A stretch of 64,000 nt of DNA from Lama glama (lineage: Eukaryota). The notes under the pieces were generated by a model that was given only the letters and a program-made list of their open reading frames with translations, was not told the origin of the DNA and searched no databases. Below are positions 51,172-63,720 of the stretch, one piece after another. Within the stretch, counting starts at the first letter, position 1. Each line of letters begins with the position of its first letter. The DNA lies in the NCBI GenBank assembly GCA_028534125.1, contig CM052816.1:74464001-74528000 (forward strand), given 5' to 3'. A program made the position numbers and the translations under genes.

Positions 51172-52320
51172 TTGTGTAGTAAGCACAGCTGGGTGCCTGC
51201 CTCCTCCCTCTTTCTCAAAAGCATCTTGATTTTATTCAGGGAGCCACCCCTTCCCAAGCAGCTCAGGTGCCTCAAGGGAAGCGGATTCAAGCCCAGATCC
51301 ACGAGCAGATATAACAGGATAGAGGGTTATTTCCATCCTCTTCTGAAGTTCAAGAAAGATGTGTAGGAATAGACTTACCGTATGACCCAGGAATCCCACT
51401 CCTGGGCTTGTATCCAGAAGGAACCCTACTTCAGGATGACACCTGCACCCCAATGTTCATAGCAGCACTATTTACAATAGCCAAGACAGGGAAACAGCCT
51501 AAATGTCCATCAACAGATGACTGGATAAAGAAGCTGTGGTATATTTATACAATGGAATACTACTCAGCCATAAAAACTGACAACATAACACCATTTGCAG
51601 CAACATGGATGCTCCTGGAGAATGTCATACTAAGTGAAGTAAGCCAGAAAGGGAAAGAAAATACCATATGAGATCGCTCATAGCAGAATCTAAAAAACAA
51701 AAACACAAACAACAACAACAACAAAAAAAAGCATAAATACAAAACAAATAGACTCATAGACATAGAATACAAACTTGTGGTTGCCAAGGGGGTGGAGGGT
51801 GGGAAGGGATAGATGGGATTTCAAAATTGTAGAAAAGATAAACAAGATTATACTGTATAACACAGGGAAATATACACAAAATCTTATGGTAGCTCACAGA
51901 GAAAAAAATGTGACAATGAATATATATATGTTCATGTATAACTGAAAAAATGTGCTGAACACTGGAATTTGACACATTATAAAATGATTATAAATCAATA
52001 AAGTTTAAAAAAATAAAGACCAAAAAAAAAAAAAAAGGAAAGAAGATGTGGTCCAAGGGAATCTTACAGGGGGGGTTCTAGAAAATTCAAGGGAAAAAAA
52101 AAGCTACAGAACTATATAGTCTCCTTGCTTTTCCTATTTCACCCTGAACCTGAAGATGAAGCTGATACAACGAAGAGGCCAAGACAACTTTTGGAAAATG
52201 AATTTGGAGCCAATGGATTGAGTAAACCCAAAGCCTGCTCCACTTCAGTATTTCTAATTATATGAATGATGTTTCTAATTACTTAAGTCAGTTTGAATTA
52301 AGCTTCCTGTCTCTTGCTCC
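51172..52320 (+). mobile_element. Degraded MaLR LTR (MLT1J/K-like) split by an L1
   Basis: 3' part gagccaatggattgagtaaacccaaagcctgc...ttaagtcagtttgaattaagcttcctgtctcttgc resembles old MLT1 ends. Confidence 0.55.
51364..52038 (+). mobile_element. Young 5'-truncated L1 (ORF2 end plus 3'UTR)
   Basis: The ORF at 51408 encodes DTCTPMFIAALFTIAK...WIKKLWYIYTMEYYSAIK. TSD core AAGATGTG at 51356-51363 and 52043-52050; polyA tail. Confidence 0.95.
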
Positions 52321-52993
52321 TGATCCTGGCTAGGATATTCCAACAGTGGCCCCTGCTTCCCTTTCTTACTTCCTGTGCCAACGTCTTCTTACTGTTCTGC
52401 CCCAGCTCTGAAACTTGCTGATCTTATTCGGCTTCGGCTCTTGCTGTTCTGGTACCCACTGATCTTTGTGTGATTGGCTTAGGTCTCAGCTCAGATGTAC
52501 CTTCCCAGGGATGTGCTCTTGGACCAAATCATCTAAAGGCGGCTTTCCCAAGTCACTGTGTTTTACTTTCTTTATAGCCCTTATTTCTCTTTGTGTTGAG
52601 TTTTTTAATTCATTTATTTGTATTCTTGTCTATTTTCCTACCTTCTCTCCACGAGAATATAAAGTCTGAAAAAAGCAGGGATCTACTTTCCTGGCACAAA
52701 GGAAGCATTCTATAATTATCTATTGAATGGATACATGCATGAATGAGGGCTTTGGCCCAGTCATAACAGGGACTTTAATCTACTTTCTGCTTGTGACCTT
52801 ATCAGCAACTGATTTAAAAGCTGCAGGCTATGTGTTCTAAAGATGTATCTGTAAACATTTTCCTGGAAACTCTATGACAGTCCCTTACAATTAGCAACCA
52901 ATAAGTGGTTGCTAATTTGCTTAGCTGGGCATAAAGCCAGTGAAAGCAAGCAAAATCTTGGAATGCCAATAGTTGGTAATCTAAAGACGGCTA

Positions 52994-53350
52994 AGAGAGG
53001 TGACAAGATGGTGGAGTAGAGAGACTTACAGCTCGCCCTCTCCCACAAATACACCAAGAAGTACATCTACAAACCCACTGAATCACACAGAACACCTACT
53101 GAACTCTGGCAGAGTGTCTCTTACTTCAACATGCAGGAGAATTCTCACAAAATCCGGTAACAACAAATTCATACTGCATAGCACAGGGAACTATATTCAA
53201 TATCTTGCAGTAACTTACAGTGAAAAAGAATATGTAAACGAATATATGTATGTTCATGTATGACTGAAGCATTGTGTTGTACACCAGAAATTGACACAAC
53301 ATTGTAAACTGACTACACTTCAATAAAAAATATATATATACAAAAAAAAA
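52994..53350 (+). mobile_element. Bipartite L1: about 165 nt of 5'UTR joined to about 190 nt of 3'UTR
   Basis: gacaagatggtggagtag...cccacaaatacacc...acatctac...cagaacacctactgaactctggcaga is an L1 5' end; it is followed by aacaaattcatactgcatagcacagggaactatattc...cttcaataaaaaa. Confidence 0.8.
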
Positions 53351-53351
53351 T

Positions 53352-53765
53352 TGGGCAATATCTTTTCCCTGTCTCCATCAATGGTGTCATCATTGTTTTC
53401 TTGGACTCGGACTTCAAATTTTGGACTTGTCTATGATTCCTCCCGTTTCTACTAGTTGTCAGAAAATTTAACTGGTTCTTTCTTTCCTTTATATATTTCT
53501 CAGTCTCCTTCCATCCCCTCTTTCCTTCTTCCCCTTCCCTAATGAGGCTTCATTTCTTCACCCAAGCCTTATTCCAAAGCTTCCTGTCATCTCTGCCCTG
53601 AGCAGGGATTCCAGTCTATTCTTCACATGCCTTCTGGATTAATCTTTCTAAAATACCATTTTCATTCGCCACGCCCCTGCTTACAGACTCAAATGGCACC
53701 GTCTGGCTTGCTGGATTAAGTCCAAATTCTGCAGCCCAGCATTCAGAGAGTTTCTCCAGGAGGCA
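53352..53765 (+). mobile_element. L2 fragment
   Basis: ttaatctttctaaaataccattttcattcgccacgcccctgctt...ggattaagtccaaattctgcagcccagcattca. Confidence 0.65.
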
Positions 53766-56700
53766 CTCTCTACTCCTCCAACTTCTGTCCCCCACATGTT
53801 AATGAAAACACACGCTTCGGACAAGACAGCATCCTAACGATTGCCAGCCTGTGCTCTCTTTATCTCTTTAAACTTTTTCTCTTGATCCTCTTCTGCTGAA
53901 AGTTTCCATCCTTCACTCCCTAAACAAAATCTCCAACTCCCTGGAGAACACTCCTCCTTCACAAAACCTTCCTTGATAATTGGCTCCATTTGGACAGTTT
54001 TTGACACTTCTCCTCTCCTCTTGAACTGAGCACTGAAGCGCTCCATCAGTGATTTTTCTTGAAAAGACTGCTGAGGAGGAACATGGAATGCAAATTTTTT
54101 GTATACAGTTACTATCATTAGGACGATCTTTCCAAACAGGAAAATGTGACCCAAGTGTACGTGGTAAACAAGCAGAGTAACGGTGTCAGAGGACACAGGG
54201 ACTCCAAAAGCGTCCTTCAAGTCACACTGGAATGTGAACTATCTGTAACACTTACTTCCAATAATCAGAATCTACCCAAAGCTTCTAGCAAATAACTTAA
54301 ATTGTTCTCCCTTCTTGGACCCTTTACAGTAGATTGGCACAAACTGGTATATTTGAGACACATTAAAGTGAATAGTCACAGAATGTTCTGTAATAAAACC
54401 CACTAAGTATATGCTTTTTTCTTTTTTCAAATTTCTACTTCTAGAGTACACTGTTAGCAGGTAACCTCCTCTGTTTCTTATGCTTGACTGCAGTATCCAT
54501 TTATTATTTATAACCGGCAGCAGGTATAAAGGGGATGTATGATATGGCCAATTGTCTAAAAACGTCTTCCCTAAACCCATTTCTTGATAATGAAAAATCC
54601 TGAGATGACCAACTGATTACACATACTTTTAGAGAGAGCACTGCCTGAATGCCTGGCTCTTTGCTAGGTTCTGCGAGCTAAGGAAAAGCAGTTGAAAAGT
54701 AATTCCTGAGCTGAGCAGTTAGAGTCTAGTTGGGGAGCAAAAGTAACAGATCAGATGCTACCCTGGGCTCCTAAAGGTTAACATGTTTAGAATTTGCTGA
54801 GACACAGGGAGTTGGGGCAGTAGGGGAGCAGCATGTTCAGGAGCAAATTGATAACTTTGACAGAAACCATGGGATGGGACTGATACTGAAGGCTTGTGGA
54901 ACGAAGGATGCAGAGGGATGGACAGGTGAGGGAACTAACATGCCCCCGGGGCAATGATAAAAGGGCAAGACTGACTTCTAAGGAGCATTGCGAAGGACAG
55001 ATATGGCCAGGACAGGGAGCAAGTGTGGGCAGAGATGGAGGGTAAGTTGGACATTTAGTGGAGCCAGATGGCCTCAAAACATAGGCTTGAAGTTTTTGGC
55101 AACGGGAGCCACTAAGATTCTTGAGCTAGAGCGTGACAGGACAACAGGGCTGTTTTGGGAAGCCGGGCTCCTTAGTTGCATGCCTGAGGGACTGGGGAAT
55201 CCAAGGAGCTCTCCCAATGGCCCAGGCATGACCTCTGAGGGGACTGAGATCATATCCATCATTCTCTATTGTTCTTACTTGTTCTGAAGACCTTGACAAA
55301 ATAAGGCTTTCTCCACACGGCTTGATTTCTCTGTGAAAGTTTCCTTTTCCACATCTTCTGCCAAGTCTCCCAAGGACCATGCCCTGGCTTCCCTCCTACA
55401 GTGCATGGTGACCTCCTCTCCAGAACTACCCCCACCCGCACCCTCACCGCCATTAAGAGCTAACACACACTCAGGAGCACAAATCTGTGTCAGCTGAAAA
55501 TTGAAACCCAGAAGGGTCCAAAAAGGAACACGAGTGTTTGTTTTGCAAATTTTAACTTGTTGAGAAATAAAAATATGGCCATAAATTTCTATTAAATGTT
55601 CCTCTCCTCCTCGCTGAGTGGGCTTATGTCAAAGTGCCCTTTCCTCTTGAGGTGGGGCCCCTTTAATGCCATGTTGGAAAGGTTCTAGAAAGTTTCAGAC
55701 ACTTTCACTTAATAGAATAATCTGGTTCTGATATTAAAGACTCAGTCTGTTCATTTTCAAGTAGGGCTGCTTTGACCAAAAAGGGAGCAGAAGGCCCAAA
55801 TCTGCCAACCAGGCAGCATTTAGTCACTGCTTTGCAGAAACCATTCATCAAAAAGACTTTGGCAAAAAAAGCTTAAAAATTAAAAAAACAAAATATTTGA
55901 TTTAAATTATAATATTTCAGAGGCTACCTATAAAGTTACCTGAAAATTTATGAGGCACTTATGGCAGCAGAATAAAGAATTGCTTCTACTTATTCATTAA
56001 ATTGACAAATAACAACCGGTAACTTACTGTACCTCCATGGTTGACATGACTCAAAGCCCCAAGGATACCACACTGAAAGAGCCCTGCCCTCAGGAAGGTG
56101 ACAATCTCTGCTACCCTCACTCGATAGCATCCATCTGGTTAAAAATGCCCAAGACAATATCTGTCTTATGACTTTTAAAAAGTAGTCCAATTTCTTTAAT
56201 AAACAGAGAAATGAGATTATGATATGAAAAAACCTAGGGAATGAATTTCGGAAAATAACCCAAGTCTTAGGCAGTTAAAGCTCCTTTACCTATAGAACTC
56301 AGTTTTCAACCAACAAAACCAGAAGCTGGATGTAAAAACAGTCTCTGGGGAATATGCAATACATGAACCCAAATAAATGTCAGAAGTGACAGCATTGTGG
56401 ACTGACAACAACAACTTCACAAGTAAAGGTTCAAATTTACTTGGTGAGTCATTTATGCTTGCTCTACTCATTTCTTAGTCAACAGCTATATATCTATGTA
56501 GGTGTGCAAAAATATCCTTATTTTCTCTTTAGCATAATTTACTGTGGAGTTTAAAAAACTTGAAGGGCATATTCTTGTAACCGTCCAGGCACAGATATCC
56601 TGTGCAGCAGATATACATTTTCTGCAGAATCAGCAGGGTGCAGAGAATGCCACATTATTGTACTTCTCTAAAACTGATTTGAGTCTGACTCTGAGCCTCC

Positions 56701-57204
56701 TCAGTTTACCAAGTTCATGGGATATTCAGTTTCAGCTCTATCTGTAGGAAAGAGGTATTTCCTCGGTGAAGGGAGGGTCTTTGGAGATCTTACACAGAGA
56801 TGAATATTTACCAAAAAAAAAAAAAATCCATTGTCTTACTTTCTTCTCTTCGGGTCCTCCTAACTCTCCTTAACTCCAAAGATGCTCACCTCCCTCTCCA
56901 ATATTTATAAATAAACCTAAGAAAAGAAGTCCTGTTCTTAACCTGCAAAATCCCCTGGAGCCAGGAGAAAAAGAAATCTTGGCTGTCTTGGGAATTGGAA
57001 CCAGAACAATACACAGACTAATGCATCAATAAATGCTCCTGCCACATGTGAAATGTTAAGCAGCTAAGGCTTACCTTCCATTCTTACTAAGTGACACCGA
57101 AGTGTTGAAAGGCAGCACTTTTTAGTCATTAACTCCTTGGCATTGTAACCCAGAACTGTAATTTGGGCTCCTTGTTAAAAAAAAAAAAAGTTCTCTTTGT
57201 CCCA

Positions 57205-57382
57205 CAGGGCTTGCTATTCAAAGTAGCGTGCAGTGTGTCGCCAGCAGCACCAGCGGTATACCTGGGGGCTTGTGAGAAAAGCAGAATCTGAGGCCCCACC
57301 CCAGATCTTCAGAATAAGAACCTCCATTTTAACAAGTTCCCCAGGTGATTTACCTGCACCTTAAAGATTGAGAAGCACTTCT
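57205..57382. mobile_element. MER5A
   Basis: ccagcagcaccagc...acctgggggcttgtgagaaaagcagaatctgaggccccaccccaga...ttttaacaagttccccaggtgatt...tgagaagcact. Confidence 0.85.
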
Positions 57383-58643
57383 CTAAAGGACTTTTCTTCC
57401 TTTCAATTTCTCAAACACAAGGCATGATCCTTGTGTTTCTTCTAGACCCTGAAGAAACCCTTCCAAATGAGTTATGAGAATTAAGCTTTTAGAAGGGGCT
57501 TCTGTCTGTTCCACGACACTTGGATGAAAGCTGTGTCACAACATCTGGGATTAGGTAATCCCTAGACTTCCAATGAGAAGAAAGTTCTCCTTTTTCTTCT
57601 GGCGGGAACATGGCACAGTGGCACTCTGCTTCTCTGTGCTGCTAATTTTACTAAATTGTGTATGGAGGGACTTCTGAGCTGGGATCACTAAACTTTAATT
57701 TGAGAAATGAAATACCAGCATTTGGTCCAGGTCCCAAACACAGCTTATAGACTGCTTACTACAGACAGCAAGAAAAATGTCCTTTGAGCCAGGGTACAAG
57801 TAGTTTTCAAAAGCCATTAGATTGGTGAAAATTCTATCTGGCCTATAAAATTTGCACTTGGCCCAAGCATTTACACTTTGCAGTGCCAGTTTATTTTCTA
57901 AGCAGAGATACCTTTCTCCTAATGTTCCTAACTTCAAGAAGCCAAGGATCAGGAAGATTTGCCTGTTACAAATGCCCAGTTCTTCCCCACTCTTCACCCA
58001 CAGTGGAGATTCGAGAAGAAAAACAGATTAGGTGAACTTCAAAACATATTTCCACATTTCATGGCATTTAGGTATGTCATTCACTCATTCATTTTCATTT
58101 TTGCCCACTTTCAAGTAGCTGTTCTTAAGGCAATTTTATGTCTTCAAGATAATGACAAAATCAAATACCTGAAATAATTTACAAGTAATAAATTTCCTGT
58201 TTTTGGAACGATGCTCTCCAAATTACACAGCTTTCCCTAGTGGTGCCTGTTACAGAGTGTTACCAAGAAATACTTGGTTTGCTCATCTCCTAAAAACATT
58301 TATCAAGTGTCTATTATGTGTCCAATTAGTTATCAAACATAGATAAAACAATGTAAGAGGCACGAGTTGTGAGAAGTAAAAGTATAAGACAAATCCTCCT
58401 GCTCAAATAGATTGTAACTTGGTTGGAGGAGCCACACAGGAACAAATACGCCATGGAAGCAATGAAGATAAATCAGTGTTGGCAAAGCTTACTAGCGTGC
58501 CTTCCCCAAACACTGTCTGATGAGCAGCTAACTAGGTCAGTGATGTGGTCAACAGCACTGAAAGTTGGAACAAATTGGGAAACCAACATGGAAAAAGTCG
58601 GGCTTGAAGTGGACCCTGAAGGATGGCTGGGTAGAAATTAGAG

Positions 58644-59213
58644 TGAAAGCGTAGGAAACTAACTAACAAAATGGCTTCCCTGATGCTAAATCTGTTCGCT
58701 GATTCATTCTGACTTAAAATTCTTGTAACTTGTTTTTCTCTTTTCTCTGACAAAACTCCATCTCTGCTTTACTTGCTCAACTGCTTTTATGCTAAACAGC
58801 CCCTACACTTTCCATTACAATCTCCACTCCCACTCCCTATCCATTCTTTACCCAGAATAGCTTACCCTTTACCCAGAAGCTGTATTCCAGAAAGGCAATT
58901 ACGGGCTGATAGCCTCAGAAGAATGAACAAGCCTCTGGGAGTTTCTCTGTGACACCAGGTGGATTCATCAAGATTAAGAATCCAGCACCCTTGAAAACAC
59001 CCTGATTTTTGTCACCTTTCTGTTCCATTGGTTCTTCTCTAAAACCTCAGGACACCAACCCCGAGATGGATTCACAGTCTCTACGGCACTAGCCTGCTGT
59101 GACTCTCCGTTTCCTAGCAAAGCAATAAAGCTATCCGTTTCTAATTCTCCCAAAACTCGGCCTCCGAGTCTCATTTTGGCCATCAGCATACAGAGGCCGG
59201 TTTTTCAGCAGCA
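58644..59213 (+). mobile_element. ERV1-type solo LTR (570 nt), antisense to GHR
   Basis: TG...CA termini; 4-bp TSD AGAG at 58640-58643 and 59214-59217; AATAAA at 59124-59129. Confidence 0.85.
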
Positions 59214-60794
59214 AGAGGAAGAGAAACACCAAGAGGCACAGTCATAGAAAATATTATGTACTTACTTCGACTTTGAAACAGCTCTATCTAAAATTACTAT
59301 GAAACAAAATAATTTCTCCTCTGGAAGAGCAATTTGGAAATAAATCCCTGCATTTTGTGAGTAAATGAGGCTTAATTTCCTGGTATAGATCCCAATCTTA
59401 AACGGAGTAGGGGAACTTAAGGGACTGCACTGCATGCTGGGTAGCTGAGAATTTCTGACCAGGGGTCATTACAGACGACAATGTCTGTGGGTTCTGGACC
59501 CTGGAGTCAGATGGAAATCTCCCATGGAAAGTGCAGTTCTCTCTCTGAGAGCCAGGACATTTCTAATTTTATCCAGGAAGGATAAATGGCTTCCTAAATC
59601 AATATTCAATCAAATGTCTTAAGCTGACATTTCTTTAAACAGCCAAAAGGTTTATTACTAAAAATCTAAAACAAATAATGAAAATAACACCACCTAGGAA
59701 GTTAACGTCAGAGAATATCAGAGACCCCCTAGTCCAGAAACCAGAACCCAGCAGTTAACAAATAGTCCTCAGGAGGGTCTTTTTATTCGGTCCACTATAT
59801 TCCTCATCAGTTAATACTGCCTGATGGAATCACCATCTGACCCTGCACAATGAAGTCAAAGTTATTATGAATTCTTGGCCTCTGTCCTAGGAATGTTTTT
59901 TTTTTTTAATTTTAAAAAGCAAAATGTCAGAAAAGAGTTTAAGCTTTCTCTATGAGGTTGTGACTTGGGAAGGAACCAAAAAACAGTTGTGAAGAATTTC
60001 TAATACTTATCCTCCATGTGCGGCAAATCACCTATCATTGTGAAAGTTATTAATGTCATGACAAAGTTAAATGGCTTTCCTAGCAGCAGGCTTACTGGCA
60101 GAACATTTCTGAGAAGTACTATGCCTGTGACTTTAGGTCAAATCAGTGACACAGCTTATCTTCCCAGAGACTCCAGTGGAATGCCGATTTTTTTTGAGTT
60201 TCCATAAATCACTACAGAAAGCCACACTGATGTTTTGCTCCAGTGCTATTTTTGTAGTGAGACTTACAGGCATTCATTCACTGCTCAGACAGAGTTGCTA
60301 ATTCTATGTGTCTGCATGTTCCAGACTTTTTTTTGTAATACGTAAATTTGATGATTTTCAGTCAGCCTACCCTAAAGGAAGCAGGTAAGCTACTGTTTCT
60401 CTGGCATCTCAGAAACAGCCGTGTTAAAACCAATAGGCTAAGAATTCACAGACTATTATCACCATTTATGACTCTCAGTGAAGACATTCACGCCTTCCCA
60501 TTTGCATCCACTCCTTTACTGTTCTTATCCTCACTTCGTCTCTGGGCTCTTTTTTTTTTTTTTCCAGCCCCCATTCAGGATAATCATTTTTCATGACAGC
60601 TAAGTGCAGCATTTCCTTCACCAACAAAATAACAAAATAATAAATAAATGACTTCTCTGCTGCATTTCCATGTATCCTTGGATGAGAACTTCGGCATTTT
60701 GGAATTTTTAATCCACAATAGGCAGAAATGGGGACATTCTGTGGCTCCACTCTTCACCATGCCATGGGTTCGTAGATATTTAATATGGAACAGT

Positions 60795-61050
60795 CATACT
60801 AGTTAACATTTAATTACCGCTTTTCACAAGCCAATCACCATGTTAAGCATTGTACAAAAATGATCTCTTTTAATTCATGAGACCATCTCGTGAAGCTGTG
60901 ATGTAAGCACTCTCACCACCATCATTTAAAGATGTGAACTATGAGGCACAGAGAGGGTGAGTAACTCATCCCAAGTCATAAGGCAGTGTAGTAAGGGGCC
61001 TACGTCAGGCAGAGGCTGGAGAGCCCCACGCTTGAACCCTACAGTCTAGC
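60795..61050 (-). mobile_element. MIR
   Basis: tgaggcacagagagggtgagtaactcatcccaagtca. Confidence 0.65.
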
Positions 61051-61658
61051 TGGTACTTGTTTGAGTGTTTCTGTCTATGAGTCCTTTCAGCTGGATCATC
61101 ACCAGAATCCGACAGCAGTAAGCGAAAACAACAAACAAAACAAAATAAAATCATTGAAGGCTAGAGTTGGGATGGATCTAATTGTTAAATGGACCATAAT
61201 TTTAGAGTGGGTTAAGGCACTGCTCACACAACCACACAACTAGTCAGTTAGACTGAAAACATAATTGAAGCCTCCAGCCTTGCATGTAAGGGCTCTTTCT
61301 CCCATGCCGTGCTTCCAGAACCCTGATCTCTCCTTCCTCTACCACGTTACTCCTCTGTTCCATGCAAGGCCCGTGGCATGAAGATGTTTGAAATCACAGA
61401 CAGAAGTATGCGTTATAAATTAAGTAACAGTGTAGAATCAAGCTGGTGTGCCCTTTATATAGTCATTTCAATGGCTTTCTCTCTACTTAAAAGGTATCAT
61501 TTACAAGTTCTCTCTTTGATAGATAACATTTTAATGAGAAGTAAGAATGTAGGAGCAGATGCAAATATACATATGTATTTGACTAACTGGTTAAATGAGA
61601 TTTTTTTTTCACTGTTCTGAAAGCTATTGCCTTAACCTAGGCAATATGAATTGTGCAC

Positions 61659-61660
<2 letters not shown>

Positions 61661-61690
<30 letters not shown>
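61661..61690. repeat. Perfect (GT)15 microsatellite
   Basis: Directly visible. Confidence 0.98.
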
Positions 61691-61692
<2 letters not shown>

Positions 61693-62879
61693 AGGATGGC
61701 GGTCAAGAGGCTGGGAGACAGTGACGTAACAGGGACAGGAGTGAACTTCAGAGCGATTCCAAAGATAGTGGCAACAAGTACCTCTTGCCCAGCAGATGAA
61801 CAAAATGGCATATTGGGTAGGATTTCTAGCATTTACTACAGAATGGAGATTTGGAAATACAGGGTCACGTTTTAAAACCTTTAAAAAATCTTGCAGAGAT
61901 TAAAATGCATTCAGTGTTTAGAAGCAGGAAAAAAAAAGTTAATTTGATGTTGATTCATTTCTGGTCCCAAATAATGTCCTAAATTCTTATTTCTGGGGAC
62001 GATTTATGGGACAAAAACCAGTACAGAAGTTGGGTAACATTAATTTTGTTCTTTTAAAATAATGTGTATGGCCTCTTTAGTTCTGGGTTAAGGCTAGCAT
62101 CCATCTTTTCAAGTTTTGAGATAGTAAAATCAGATGTAATGACACTGAATTTAGGATAAGAAACATTTCCATACTGGAGTTTCAAGGCACTACGATGTGA
62201 AACTCTTGCCTAATGAAACTCTGCCTATCGTTAAAGTTTCCTTTAGGAAAAGAAAATGACACCATTAAAATATTTCTCATGTAGGGAAAGGTTTTATATC
62301 AAATAGAAGTGTTTCTCCAGATAAACTTTGAAATGGAGATCTGAGATGTTAGCCTATCAAAAATACCTCATGTTCCTCTTGTTTGTTTGTACCCTTGGTT
62401 TCTGAGAAGACAGGAAAGGATAAAATATTATGACAACTGTTAATTCTATATCTATACTGCTATGAACTGATCTGTAAGTGAGAGGCTACTCATCTGTAAG
62501 GTAAGATTGTTCCGGAACGTACATGGTAGTTTGATACGTTCAAACAACTTGTTAAATTCTAGCTGCCAGTGATAACTACCTACTGAAGAGCTGTTTCAAA
62601 ACAGTAACTGATTTACTGTTTAGCCAGGCTTTCTTCCCCAAATTTTGTGTATACAATACTGGATTTTCAAATAAATGACAAACTTATAAAATCCTATCCT
62701 GAAGGATTTCTACAGTGCATTCCCTCAATAGAAAGAATCTCATCTGCTATAGATTTGCTCCTGGTTGAAGTTCAGAATTCTCTGGCTCTGAGAATGGCAT
62801 TTTTCAGCTGCTGTATGAAATCTGCGTCCTTTCATAATTCAGATAAATGTCAAAAAGGGAAGCTTGCAAAGGGGGAGGC

Positions 62880-63720
62880 ACCGTTCATTTACTCAGCAAG
62901 TGTTTGTTGGCTACAACCAGAGTTATCCTAAATACCATGCTAGATACAGAGACAGATAAATCAGACACGACTTACCAAAACTTCAAAAAGCTTATAGTCT
63001 GATAGGAAAGATGACAGAAACACAAAAATATAGTATAACTTACAACTTTATGTAAATGTAGATTATTTATGCAAGATGTTTGTAACAAAGGGCTAAAATG
63101 GGCAAAGAATCTGATAGAGTGTCAGGAAAGACTTTATGAAGACCATGGTGGTATCTTGAAGATGATGGAATTTGTACCCACAGAGACAAAGCTCTATATG
63201 TAACTACATCTCCAACATCTAATTGCAGCTTACATGCCACCTCTTCCCTGACCCCTCTATCTAAAATAGAACCTTCCTCTAATTCACTGTCAGAGCATCC
63301 TGTTCTTTTCCTTCTGACACTCTTACACAATTTGTAAGTACATATTGGTCTATTGACTTGATTATTATCTGTTGCTTCTCCATTAGATTCAAAGCTCCAA
63401 GAAGTACAACCACTTTAGTTGTGTTCCCTAACGTATATCTAGATCTGAGTACAGGGCTCAGCCCACAGGAAGGGATTAGTAAATAAATGTTATGAATCAA
63501 TTCTAGCTGAAAAAAATAGTCTGAACAAAGAGGTAGCAGTGGATGAAAAAGAATCACTTAGGAAATAGCAAATATTTTAAAAATGAGGGTTGAAATACAA
63601 GGTGAAGTGAAATGGAAATTAAGGTTGGGAGGTAGGTTGGGAATAGATTGTGGGAGACTGAACGCCAAGCTAAGGAAACTTGGACTTTACTACTTAGACA
63701 CAATAGCCTTATTTTCCCAA
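62880..63720. mobile_element. Minus-strand L2 with a plus-strand L2 3' end (about 63180-63510) nested inside
   Basis: ttcatttactcagcaagtgtttgttgg...gtcaggaaagactttatgaaga; inner cccattagattcaaagctccaagaag...aaataaatgttatgaat; resumes gccaagctaaggaaacttggacttta. Confidence 0.6.

Larger units (their letters stand above)
50240..52745 (+). mobile_element. Long L2 remnant interrupted by a MaLR LTR and an L1
   Basis: cttgtcaaatccagtggt...tcatggctttaaacatcactatacgctgatg...aaatcagatcatgatact...aagtccaaactcctt; resumes near 52330 and ends tattgaatggatacatgcatgaatga. Confidence 0.8.

Noticed and set aside
51408..51671. 87-aa ORF with recognisable protein sequence
   Set aside because: C-terminal remnant of L1 ORF2 in a 5'-truncated copy, not a host gene.
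61625..61646. 8-bp inverted repeat tattgcct/aggcaata
   Set aside because: Expected by chance in 64 kb.
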